Positions 39,001 to 50,350 of a DNA stretch of 64,000 bases are shown here, piece after piece (the first letter of the stretch is position 1; each line of letters opens with the position of its first letter). The stretch is from contig NC_134027.1 of the NCBI RefSeq assembly GCF_964204645.1, positions 20,980,560-21,044,559 of the forward strand. The letters run 5' to 3'. This DNA is from Tubulanus polymorphus (taxonomy: Eukaryota; Animalia; Nemertea). Under the pieces are notes generated by a model. That model worked only from the letters and a program-made list of their open reading frames with translations. It ran no database searches and was not told the DNA's origin. The position numbers were made by a program, and so were the translations under genes.

Positions 39001-40150
39001 TTATCACATGTATGGTTCAACTATGGGGAAATTAGAAGTTAAACTCAACGGAAATGTTGTATTTTCAAAATCTGGAAATCAGAGAAATAAATGGAAAAAG
39101 GGATCAATTAATTTAACAAAAGGAAACGCCGTGGTACGTACTCAGTACAAAGCTCACATTTCTTCGTTTTGCTTATTTCTTCCTTATTGTATTTTACATC
39201 TTTTTTATAAGATCCAGTTTGTCGCTTCCCGTGGAAGAGGTTTTGGGTCCGACATTGCTATTGATGACGTCAGATTTACTGAAGAATGCACTGCGACACC
39301 AGGTTTGTCAATTTGACCTTACGACACATGTATAGCTCACCGCAATGAGATTCTGAAAATGTTGGTTAGAATCTAATATCTAATCACGTTTAAAAACGTA
39401 CTCCCTTAAACAGGTCCAAACATATTGTGGTTAGAATCTGATCTAATCTAATCACGTTTAAAAACGGACTCCTTTATCCAACGGGTCCAATAAGCAAAGA
39501 GCTTGTCCATTATGTTTGTAATTCATTTTTCTCTCACGAAGAACAATTGACAACGGATTTTGAGACGGATAACGGAAAGTGGATTTCGCAGGGAACGTTG
39601 CAATGGACCAGACGATCAGGTGTAATATCTACAGACACAGGTTTAAGTGGAGATCATACAACTGGAAATGGTACGATTAGTTTCTAACTCACACAATATC
39701 ATCCATACCCCTTACTCCTGTTGAATAGTATTATTCAATATCTACTCTCATTTCAGGAACGTATGTATATGTGGATACTTCCAGAAAAAGTCCAGGTGAC
39801 CAAGGCAGTTTTGGAGCAAATCTCCAATCTGCTTCTGACGCCTGCACCGTGAAATTTTATTATTACATGTATCGTTCAACGATGGGAAAATTAGAAGTTA
39901 AGGTCAATGGAAAAGTTACATTTTCGGAATCTGGTACTCCGGGTGGTATATGGAAACAGGAATCAGTTCCAATTGCGAAAGGAGACGCGGTGGTATGTAC
40001 TCAGTGCACAGCATAGAATTTGTTTAAGTTTTACTAAAACTCTGAGAAATGTATTTCTTGTATTTTCAGATCCAGTTTGTTGCTACCCTGGGAAGCGATG
40101 ATAAGTCTATCATAGCTATTGATGACATCTCTTTTTCATCTCACTGCTAA
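27018..40150 (+). CDS. Secreted tandem MAM-domain protein (9 modules, 3 of them damaged)
   Basis: Signal exons 27018-27033 and 27301-27372 (MYFHQSCTVSCIVLLQMFIASSTA/FIYWPG), with TATTTAAG at 26958. Each MAM is three exons (DFE...W...WTR.SG...TGP.GDHTTG / Y.Y...C.M.FYYHMYG...G.LEV...SG.QG..W / I.FVATRG...IAIDD..F...C). M1 32787-32915, 33094-33308, 33397-33487; M2 33670-33801, 33962-34197, 34274-34370; M6 36734-36865, 37030-37265, 37344-37434; M7 37618-37749, 37906-38141, 38228-38327; M8 38518-38649, 38898-39133, 39212-39302; M9 39542-39670, 39757-39992, 40070-40150 (stop TAA). No TM segment. Confidence 0.85.
28789..29436. mobile_element. Nested MITEs: MULE-like element (28845-29352, 9-bp TSD) inside a Harbinger-like TIR element
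   Basis: The inner element has AAAATGTCC/GGACATTTT subterminal arrays and an exact flanking GGAAAACGC at 28836-28844 and 29353-29361. Outer TIRs are GGCTGGTTTTCACGAGCG and CGCTCGTGAAAACCAGCC. Confidence 0.75.
29668..31853. mobile_element. Large foldback: ~585-bp inverted arms around a ~1-kb spacer
   Basis: 29668-30107 and 31414-31853 are nearly identical reverse complements; the same 64-aa translation appears on both strands in the ORF track. A further ~145 bp of diverged inner complementarity extends to ~30250 and ~31268. Confidence 0.9.
30571..30935 (+). pseudogene. Decayed C-type-lectin-like exon inside the foldback
   Basis: The acceptor tttcacAG is phase-compatible with exon 27301-27372. 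It reads VYCINEIW...ASCSK...GVMASTRS, then after a frame break STQMEAATAV...RWIG...RCFKL...VDC...EYISKE, where AGT 30923-30925 is one base from the expected terminal Cys. Confidence 0.4.
34412..36548 (+). pseudogene. Damaged MAM modules 3-5
   Basis: M3 lacks exon a and the start of exon b (remnant to 34624; exon c 34736-34835). M4 (35014-35145, 35253-35488, 35562-35652) has an in-frame TAA at 35324-35326 where M6 has TCA. M5 (35842-35973, 36127-36362, 36452-36548) has acceptor AG>AT at 35840-35841 and donor GT>GC at 36549. Confidence 0.8.
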
Positions 40151-41389
40151 CGATCTATCTATACATATAGATACGATATGTATTCAGTGCATATGATAGA
40201 TAAATACAATATCAAACATATGTAATATATGCGCGTGTCTTATTGTTCAATCACTGAGTCTCTTTTCAATTTGCCTTTCATGTCTAACCCTAGGTGAACT
40301 AGCGAAACAATATTACGATTCTCATGACGGCTACCCAAAGTTTCCAAATCCCCATTTGATTTTTTGGCAAGTCTTCACTCATTGGGCAAACTATGTACGT
40401 ATATGTCTTTGTCAGTTCTCCAAAATCGTACATTGGACTATCGCTAACACTTGACTATTCCAACTGATCATGTATTAGCACAATCTAGTTACCAGTTATA
40501 ACCGGACATTATGAAACCTAAAAAATGTTAACCATTAAGCGTCATCTTACAAATCACAACCGTAAATCGATGTGCAAAACGTCACAGGTCTATACACATA
40601 CAAGCGATTTGGCAAAATATTATTGACAAAGATGTAGAATGTCCTCCTGTGATTATATAATGAGGCTTATTTCAACGTCGAAATATTATATTGCATTGAA
40701 TATCATGAGAAGGCGTATTGTAGGAGTGATGGATGCATGATTATATCAGAAGCAGCAGGCATAAATAGAAATGATAAGTAAATTGGAATATTCAGTAAAA
40801 ATTGCGGATGTATAAACGATGTGGAAGTCTGATATAAAAGTAAGACCCTAACATGGGGGTGCTGGTGGAATGACGAAGCTACCTACGATCTGTGTATGGC
40901 CGGCGTGAATTTTATCGGCGGCTTGAAGCGGTCAATATAAAAATGTGTAAACACATTGACATCGATATTAGGGGGTAATTTTGCAGGTTACATGAGAACG
41001 ATCCCGATAAGCAATTTGTAATAGCATAGCTGTCGTATACAGCTCCGCGTCCTCTGATTGCATGTGTATCTGGTGACAATTCAATTCAATTCTTTATTGA
41101 TCCTTATGTTAAACATTACATATAAAATTCCAAAATTCAATAAAGTTGATAAGAAAATACAATATACAGAACAGAAGTTACAAATTTAGAAATAAGAAAA
41201 TACAACATACAAAACAAATGCGTAATTCAAACCGTATTACATAAACAAGTTATTTCAAATGATAATGTCTTCTTCAACCCACACTCAGGGGATATCGAGT
41301 GGCAGCCAAACCGACTGGCCTAGGCCGCACGATATGCTCCAAAGTCATGATGAAGCAGACATCAGGAGAGCTCTTTCTCCAACCATTTA

Positions 41390-41609
41390 GGCTAAACAAA
41401 AATGATACCTTGTTTCTCCGCAGCGGCCGGGTCATTTTTGTAAAATATGATAAAATTTATAAACAGTTCATTTCTATAGCGGCCGGGTCTGTCATGGTAA
41501 AATTGATCACGATTTAAAAAAAAGTAATGTATAGGGTAGATAGGCGGGCGGCCGGGTCAACATTTAAGCTCAGCAGAGCGGAGAAACAAGGTATCAATTT
41601 TTTTTAGCC
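41390..41609. mobile_element. Tourist/Harbinger-like MITE
   Basis: TIRs GGCTAAACAAAAATGATACCTTGTTTCTCCGC and GCGGAGAAACAAGGTATCAATTTTTTTAGCC, with TTA on both flanks. Confidence 0.75.
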
Positions 41610-42832
41610 TTAGGCAATTGAAGTTGCAGACCAGCTTTTAGAGGCAAAAGTGAATGAAGTCGGTCGCAAGTTATCATTATTGACAATTTTCAATAAAAAA
41701 ATTTAAACCACTATTTACAGTTGAAGATCTTTATCGCCTACCCGATCGCCAAATCTCATAATTCCCCAAATTTCTTACAACTTCGATTTAAAATTCTGCA
41801 ATCCCACATAAGCTTATCCCCATTTTTATCTACATTTTTTCGCGATTTCAAATGATTTATTAAAATTAATTTTCTTGTTAAAACCTAAATTCATTGATAC
41901 ATGCACGGTTTATTATTTTCTATTCTACATTCGCTCTTAACATAAATTCACTTCAAAGAACATATAGTACGCGATCATTCAGTTTCCGAGATTTCAAGAA
42001 AACGAAGAGGATTCTAAAATTTCTAGATACCTCCCCCTGCGCAGAAGAAATCATATTTTAATGAGTTGGGTAAGCTGCCTGGTGACAAAATGCAATGAAA
42101 TCGAAACGAAGGTACCGTAACCAGGTATTTAAATGAAATGTGTTAAAACGGAGTCGATACGATCAAGTCTTGTGGTTTAATAGAGCCGATCGTTAATAAA
42201 CCGCAGATAAGTTACTGACCAGTGGGTTCGTTCCTTTCAAACCATATGAAAAAGATTTTGTTCTATTATTGTTGTTGGATTAAATCAGTCATACTATCAA
42301 TCCATAAGATCGTTGAGACTCAGGTGTCGTTTCGATCTAACGCAGAGATATTTTCCTCAACTAAGGTTTTATTTTGACATCAGTAAAAATGTTTCCAAAT
42401 GACTTACGTTTTCAATGACGTATACAATTATTGGGAGGGTAGCTGGGATGCCGTAGAAAGAGAACAATGAGAACCTACCACCTTGAAATTAGGCACAATT
42501 GAAGGACACAGCATTAGTTTAGTTAAGGGAGTTCAAGCAGAATGCAACCCATGAAATATCGGAGTTAAAACATAGATTAAAATCACTGGAAGATAGACTT
42601 AATCAAAAACACGAATAGAAATTGGGTCGAGCAATTAGAAAAATTCAAACGAGATTTAGGAGAAATAGACAAGCGAAAAACACATCATACAATGCACAAT
42701 GCGAAGGAACCTGAAATTACTAACAGTATCGATCGTGAAAACTCTGAATTGAATGTCATACAAGACATAATAAAGGTATTACGACTTGAAAGAAAAATCC
42801 ACAAACCCCGGCATGTATAACACGGTTAGGTA

Positions 42833-43720
42833 TTTGATTTGAACACTTTATTTTTCAAATATAATTTACAGTATAGTGTACAAAGCATAATACAAAATAG
42901 AGTAAATTAGACCTGGAGGGGCCTGTAGAAACTAAGGAATAGTTTGTATAAAACAGGTTCCTCAAAAGAGAAAAGAAAAAAAGAGAAATGCAATAAAGAA
43001 ATAAAGAAATTAAAGGTAAACGCAATAGGGATTGTGAATTTAAGAGCACAGGAATAACTCCGATACAAGAACAAAGACGGCAACAACGAAAAAGAGAGGC
43101 ATGTCATATCATCAACAAAAGGCTGAGAGATGAGGAAGGTAGCACTAACGAACTGAGAATTGGTACCGAAAAGCCCGAAATAAACAGTATATTGAGAAAT
43201 GTTGTCAGGTATCAACCAGACGTTACGTCAGATGATGAATGGATTGACATTTTTCGATCTTAAAATAGGGATTGTCCCCATTATTTATCTATTTGGCTGG
43301 TAAATTTTGTTTGATTTTTCGATTGGGTGTCCCTTACAGACCCACCACACCTGCCGGGAGTGAAACAGGGGGTTTGATTTTGAAATCGGAAATCGAAGTA
43401 CAGATATAGATGTGTGATCGGCGGTCGAGTTAACAGAATATTTTAAAATCGAAGTACATAATTGGAAATTCGGTTCCGGTTCATCCAAACAATCTTCCAT
43501 TCAGTCTGAACCGGCAAGCGACTGATTGGGATGAATTTTCCTGGCTGCCTAATTTGATACAATGAGATTCTGGAAATAGCTATATTACAAGATCATTTTG
43601 TCCATTTTTATATTTTTTTGGTAATTTTCTACGTGTAAATAGTCTGATAGATTATTGTGGTTTAATTTGTTTTTCTCGGGTTGATGTTGATGTAGAAGTC
43701 CTCTAAGTTGATGATCCCGC
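42833..43720 (-). mobile_element. Highly decayed LINE 3' portion (possibly L1/Tx1-like)
   Basis: Minus-strand AATAAA followed by a CAAAT-repeat tail at ~42833-42855, plus weak residual coding resemblance (GIINLEDFY). Confidence 0.3.
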
Positions 43721-44154
43721 GTGTTGACTAGATAGGAAGAAAGCACATTTCGAAACGCAAATTTTCCAGATGAGAGTATGGCCCTGGGGTATCCGAAGTG
43801 TAGTTGTATGACATCGACGGTGCAGCTCCAATGAGGATGGGTTTCTCCGTCAAGGGGTGCGCAGTTGGTACTTCACATCTGGTGCAACGCAAGTGAATAA
43901 CGAGCGGTTCCTCAACCGAGGAGACTGAATCTACAGCCATAACTTTGCCATCCACACCACAGAACAATCAGGAAACTTAAAAGCACAGAGAGCGCTAGTA
44001 TTTTCAACAGCAACAACAAAAATTATTTTATAGAAACTTTTATTAGACAAATCGTTGCGTCGTTACGTAGGAGTTATTTGAGACGTTACGTAGGACTTAC
44101 GTACTTCTTTACCGGTACGGTACGACACGATACGATATGATGACATGTCAAAAC

Positions 44155-44485
44155 GGGACATAACCATTACTCTGAAGTCCCATTTCTCCGGGGTACCATT
44201 ACTCCAAAATTGCGTTTATATACCCCGGCATTATGTTATTGTAAAAATCAATAAACATTTTCAGAGAGGTAATTTCAGCGCCTAATGGAACATTTATTAT
44301 TACTGTTTCCTATATCAGGCCTAGCTTTCCTGATAAAATCTGAGTTTATTACTACTTTATTGACTCTCACAAATAACATACCCGTAGCATTGGGACTCCG
44401 GGGTAATGGGATCGAATTCAGAGTATTAGGACTTCGGAGTATTGGGACTTCGGGTTAATGAAACTTCGAAGTAATGAGACGACCT
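44155..44485. mobile_element. MITE with subterminal repeat arrays
   Basis: CCATTACTC(T/C)GAAGTC-type units on the left and inverted GACTTCGGAGTA(A/T)TGG-type units on the right. Confidence 0.55.
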
Positions 44486-44629
44486 TGTCAAAACTCAACG
44501 CAAAAAAATTACGGAAAGAATCTACTTAATGCAAATAGAGATACATAGAGATGATCAATTGTGGAATGTACGAAGTTTGCAAAGATTTCGTCAATGCCAA
44601 ATTCACCCTTGCGACGATAAAACTAAAAG

Positions 44630-45100
44630 ACACATTTTGGCATTAATAATCGAAAATTCCAATAACGTTGGACCGTAAATCTTAACAATGGTTATTCTCC
44701 CCATAATAAACATATCTAAATTCCTTTGTTAACTGGTTAAACTCAACTCGTGATTTCCCCTTTGATCCTTTGTTCCTCTTGTTATACGTCGCTCGTCAAT
44801 TAAAATCAAAGTCTCTCAACTTGTCTTCACTATCGTTTTGATTTAATATGAACCCCCTAGTTTGTCTCTTTACTACTGATTCTAATTTACAATTTATCTT
44901 CACGCTTGCTTCTCTTTAATCTGTTTTAGCGTATAACTGTTTCTATGCTAATTTTCCTTTAGTTAGTATCATCTCTGATTATTTAAACCAGTCTATTTGT
45001 CTCTGGATTTTAAATATATTTCATAATTATGTTGTAACTCAGTATTCCTGAAGATGACTATTATATTGGGAAATAGTCGAAACGTTGAATAAACTACTAG
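44630..45100 (+). mobile_element. Penelope-like retroelement 3' end/pLTR relic
   Basis: Ends in a hammerhead-like motif plus AATAAA. A diverged inverted copy lies at ~47800-48200. Confidence 0.5.
45043..45091 (+). ncRNA. Minimal type I hammerhead ribozyme motif (Penelope-type)
   Basis: UAUUC-CUGAAGA-U-GACUAUU(loop AUAUUGGGA)AAUAGUC-GAAAC-GUU-GAAUA. This gives a 5-bp stem I, a 7-bp stem II, intact CUGANGA/GAAA boxes, and palindromic AACGUU in place of stem III. Confidence 0.6.
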
Positions 45101-45621
45101 TTTCAGTTACGTTTTCGGAATGTTTTTTTTTTTCATTATCATTGTGGGATTCTCCCTACATTATCGTCTCAAGGCGGATATAGTGTTTTATCAATCGGGA
45201 GTACACCCTATAGTTAGTCTTCTTGGTATTTAGGCCTACGCACGTGGCCCCCGAGTCAGTCGCCATATATTTCACCAGCTGCTTCGTACGCGTTTGTGAC
45301 GGTGACAAGCAGCTGATGTTTCGATTGTCCTCTTCAGACATTTCGAAAGTGAACCTGAGCAAATATATTTTTTGGTTCTCATGACGGCGATATGAACAAC
45401 TGTGTGTACAGGCGTTCAAATATGAACTCGGACTATCATAGGGTGCTTTCACAAAGGAATTCATTATTTCTCGATCCTTGGACTGAGGTGTGGTTACTTA
45501 AACACTGAATAATCTAATCAGAATAAGCGGACACTCAGTGAGTTGTTTTCTTATGGGTAGATTGTGCTAATACTTTTCAGTATCGATTATTTTCGCTCTT
45601 CATTTTGTTTTCATGAAGAAT

Positions 45622-47536
45622 ATGAAGACTGGTTTGTTCATACTTTTAGCTCTTGTTGCTGGTGGTAAGTACACACACAACGCATTAAGATGCAATTTCA
45701 AGCTCTTTGGTATTACGCGTAATTTGCTCGATCAGTCACATTTAGACCGATGGTTGCTTGTGGTTGTAGCTCTTAAAAGGTGACAGCCATCAAGCGGAAG
45801 CTTTGCATTTTATTGAACTACCCATACCCTCTTTTTATCCCCACCTCGCTCAATGCCATCCTCCAAATGACCCAAGTTCGTCTGAATAGAATATATATTT
45901 TACAAGTTGTTTATCCCGCTCCGCTCCTACGTATCATTTAGAAAAAGGGAAATCATCGATCTATTTCACTAATCTATGAAGTTCTTTTGAAATGATGATA
46001 ACATGCCGTCATGTTAAACGATACGTCAAGCGAAGAGTCGAATTATTGTTTCCGTTAAGTCCACGATGTGCAGTCATCTTTAGAAATACTTACCTTACAT
46101 TGAAATTATGAAATAGAGGGTTCGATTACGGTTAGATAGGCCTCAGTTAACCATTGTACATGTTATACATTTGAAAAGAAACATTTTGTGCATATAATAT
46201 CCAGCCATACATTTTTCTACAAAAATTTATTGAAATTTTATTGACAACTTTCTTCCAGTTTTTGCTTACTGTACATTTGGTGATACACGCGTTGGTAATC
46301 ATTGTTGAAATCTGCAGAAAAAAACCCAATATAATGGCCGTGTAACCCGTTCACGGCGACGGCGATATCGTCGGTTGACTCAAACATGTTTGATATTTAC
46401 GGGCGTTTATTCACCCCGCCGAATTCGCTCGTCTACCCGCATTTGACCAATTCCGTTGATAGGATGCATTTTGGATTTAACGTGATGTGTTAATCCTTAT
46501 AACGGTTCGATCGCTGCGTTTGCCCACTCGTATCGGGTGTATTAATTTGCAGGCGTAAACTGTAACACACTGAGTCAGTGAAATATGTTTTCATCACCGG
46601 TAACCGGTAGGCCTATGCGATAATTATTACTATCGTCACTCAACAAATTAACGATACTTCCCAACGAAAAAAAATGGAGAACCTACGTAGGCCTATCGAC
46701 ATTGACTGGTGACCCCACAGAGACTTGTGTATAATGCCTGTACCCTGTTTAGTGCGTCGGGTGAGACCACACCTACGAGTTCTGCGTATGTTACCATTCA
46801 TAAGCCGTTAATTATTTTTAAATTAAAGCTGAATTGTAAAAATGGATGAAAAAACGATGGTGTATTAAGACTGCACTGTTTCCCTGGTCTTATTATGACC
46901 AAACTAAGGTATCTGTTCAAACGATCAAGAGAAATATCCCAAAATGATGACGCAAAGCTTAAGTGGAACTGGATTTAGAGTCTGTGTATTGCAGATTCCT
47001 TCCATATCGATATCAAACCACATAGAAAATAGTACCTGGGTAGACTAATATCTGTTACACCCACAACCTTGTATAACTGGTTAATTCAAACGAAGAACTG
47101 CTGGACGGAAATCAATTCTATTCAACAGATATATTAATTCGGCGTGGGGTCGATACTGCTCAACTGGCATACAAAGAATATCAAATAACCACTGATTTTA
47201 TGGTAAGTGCTTTAATGGACATCTCACACCTCCCTGGTTCTTGAAAACAAATGAACTTGCGAACACTATTTGCAAAAACTGGCCTGTCAATAAAATCTTT
47301 ATCGGGTAAGATTACTTCACTAATTATTATTATGATATAAAGAGGATTATCAATTATTTTTCATGAAACTGAACTGAGCCCAGATGTTGATGCTATATTT
47401 GCAGAAAAAACGATTGGAACACAGATCACCATTGTTTGGCAGTGATGCTGATTGTGTCGGTATAAATAACGACGGGAGTTGGAGCTATATTCGGTGTCAT
47501 AGCCCACTGTCTTTACTCTGTATGTACGACGTTTAA
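45622..47536 (+). pseudogene. C-type-lectin-like paralog B, exon 2 truncated
   Basis: Exon 45622-45664 reads MKTGLFILLALVAG. Exon 2 starts at 46259 (FAYCTFGDTRVGNHC) and hits TGA at 46306-46308, followed by repeat-derived sequence. Exons 47129-47202 and 47405-47536 (DCVGINNDGSWSYIRCHSPLSLLCMYDV*) are intact. Confidence 0.8.
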
Positions 47537-47799
47537 AAGATTTATAATGATCAAGATATAAGAATCAAAGCAAAAAAGAATCAATGATATTCAAAATGTG
47601 TCAGGGATATATTTGTCTATAGTTATTTCGATTTTGACCATCTCTTTTGACCACTCATTGGCTGAATTATTGATTGGCCACGTGGTCGAGTCAAACTGGT
47701 AATTCAGTGAGTTAAATTGTTTTCCTAGCAGATTCGTTCTCTAAGTGGAGAATCCAACACTGATATGACGAAAGATGATGTCCGAAAAGTGTCCTTACA

Positions 47800-48200
47800 G
47801 CTACTAGTTTATTGATTCAAAGTTTCGACTATAACCTAATAGCAACAATTCATAAATACTAAGTCCTTACGAATTTTTGCTAATATTCATCTTCAGGAAT
47901 ACTGAGTTAACAAAATGTTGAAATATTTATATATGCTACCAAGAAATAAGGGACAATTTAAGTTATTAAGATTGAAGTAAACCAGGGGAATTACAACATA
48001 GATTAATTGCAAATTAAGGCATAGCAAAACGAGTGACGTTGAATGAGTATAAAGAAAGTTAGGCGTGAAACAAAGGATCACAGGATACATAAAAGTTTAA
48101 CCAAATTGCAGAGATATTTAGAAATAAGTTGGTTATGAGGGGAGAAAGCATTATTAAGGTTGACACAGTTTTCAGAATTTTCGAAAATCAAAATGGATTC
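47800..48200 (-). mobile_element. Inverted Penelope-like relic with a degenerate hammerhead (elongated stem II)
   Basis: Minus strand TATTC-CTGAAGA-TGAATATTAGCAA...TTGCTATTAGGTTATAGTC-GAAAC-TTT-GAAT at ~47903-47815. Flanks are collinear with 44630-45100. Confidence 0.5.
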
Positions 48201-48849
48201 TGAAATATGTCTTTAAAGGAAACATGCGGATTTCGTCATATCAGTGTGGGATTCTCTATTTATCGTCACAAATCGGAATAGTGTTTCTTTAATGGTAAAT
48301 CGTTTCTATGTTTGAATTCTTTTCGAGAGTCACTAGTCATCCATAGAGTGTCTAGATTTTTAAGGCGACAGTTCTCTGATTGTGTCATATTACTAGGCCG
48401 CTTTAACAACGTTCCTGGCCACGTTTTGACGCGATATTTTTGAACTAGTTAACTCGATATAGACGACGAGGACTGGAATATTTCAGTTGCAGACGATTTT
48501 CTTCTGCACTTAGTATATGTCTGGATTTGATACAGACTTAACAAAAGTGAGTTGATTCTACTGAATTATACACGTTATACATGTATATATATATATCAAC
48601 TTACCCATACCACGCATTTCATTGGCTATTGAAATAAAGACTGATGACCGCTGAGATGCAATCTTTCCACCCAAGGAAATCTTGGACAGTGTGATTAAGG
48701 GTTTGCGGCCAGGGTTTTTGTTTTGTACATCTCCTGGTGTAAGATTATTACAGTGCTGGTGATTCGGGAAGCGTTCTTCTGTACATTCTGATCCAAAATA
48801 TGACCAATGCATCTAAAAAGATGGGTAAACAGAGTTTGGCAAAAAATGG

Positions 48850-49735
48850 CCGCCTGTTAGCCATCTTGATTTTGACAAGACCAGTTTTTTAGCTGAAGAT
48901 TTGACGAGGGTAGATACGTACGTGTATAAATAAGAAACCTGTCGGCTGGGCTAGCTCCGTTGGGTTTGATTCATAGCAGTAGAAAGAGTGAAGATCGGAA
49001 GAAAATCGAAGGACTAGCAGTGATTGAAAACAAAAATACCTAGTCAGATTGGTTCAAGACAATCCATCAGATCGAGAAATGTCTCCACAACTTCCGAAAA
49101 TAACTGGATTCAATCAAAAGCCCGTTCCTCATGTTTTGCAATAGTGGATTCATAACTTGTACCAAGTTTTAGAATATCTGATGTCCTGTTACGCTATTTC
49201 TGTTAAAAGAACTTAAATTCATAAAGATAGTCAATGTCTATAGGACATAAGCCTACTACAGGAGGTGATTAAGATGATGCTGATGGTGATGCTGAACAAG
49301 GTGATGGTGGAGATGGGGTGGTAATGTCGACCAGACATCCAGGCGACCAGTTACCCAGTCGACCAGTGGGACAGTCGTACAGTCACCCAGTCATCCAGTC
49401 ATTCGGTCATCCAGTCGACAAGTGGACCAGTCATCCAGTCACCCAGCCTGTTTACAGTCGGTGGGTCATTGATTCACGTCAAAATAAAGAACCGAATCGC
49501 GCTATCAATGTATGGAATATGTTCCTACACCGTTGCACTATAAGTTGGTATTCTTCACTTTGGCCGTTATTTCCATTCACTTTTCGAGTATAAATATGCC
49601 GAAACCCATCACGGAAAGTGTCTGTAGGTATAAAATTGCAATGTACAGCCAATATTATTTTATTCATATACGATATCGTTTATTTTGATAGTTTTCTTCA
49701 CACAAATGCTGAGAAATATTCAAACAAGTATATCT
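48850..49735. repeat. Duplicated composite repeat block, paralogous to ~21110-22470
   Basis: Same order of sub-blocks and the same left and right junction sequences (GAGGGTAGATAC...; AATGTACAGCCAATATT...CACACAAATGCTGAGAAATATT). Confidence 0.75.
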
Positions 49736-49855
49736 GTCCGTTATTACAATGTCGCATCAAACACAAACATCACTAAACCAGTCAACGAAGCGCAGGACAA
49801 AATAATTCAATTAGGATGCAAAGTGATGTGATCAGTTATCAGATCAGTGAATTAA

Positions 49856-50350
49856 TCATAGCCTGGTTGATGTTAAATAGGAATTCACATCGTCTCTGTT
49901 AATGATACATAGGGAGGGGGCTGTCATCGCATTTCTTAACATTGAGTTTTCCATCAAATGACCACGCACTTTGCAGGATTTTGCTTTTTTCAATTTGAGG
50001 CGACTTTTCAGCATTTGATATCTACACTTGGTGAGGTCTTCATCGATGTACACTTTTTTGAGGGCCGGGATATCTCTAGAATAGACGTTCTTTCTTCCGT
50101 GTGGGCGCTATAGGTTGAAAGCTTTACGGCTATATCTTTCTTCCGATCGATTTTCCGATCGGGTGCGACCAACCAATATCAGTAATTTTGAGAATCGACC
50201 CAATTTTTATCGCCGTATTGTAAATCAACTATCTTTTATATTTTGTTAACTATACAAATTATTGTGGAGAAAATAAATCATATTTATCATTGCCTCGTCA
50301 GTTTCCTATTGTTAAAATTGAAGCCCTGATATCTACGGCTATGTTGTTGC
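49856..50350 (-). mobile_element. LINE ORF1-like relic
   Basis: KVYIDEDLTKCRYQMLK resembles the IYINEDLT motif of CR1/L2-type ORF1 C-terminal regions. Confidence 0.5.
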
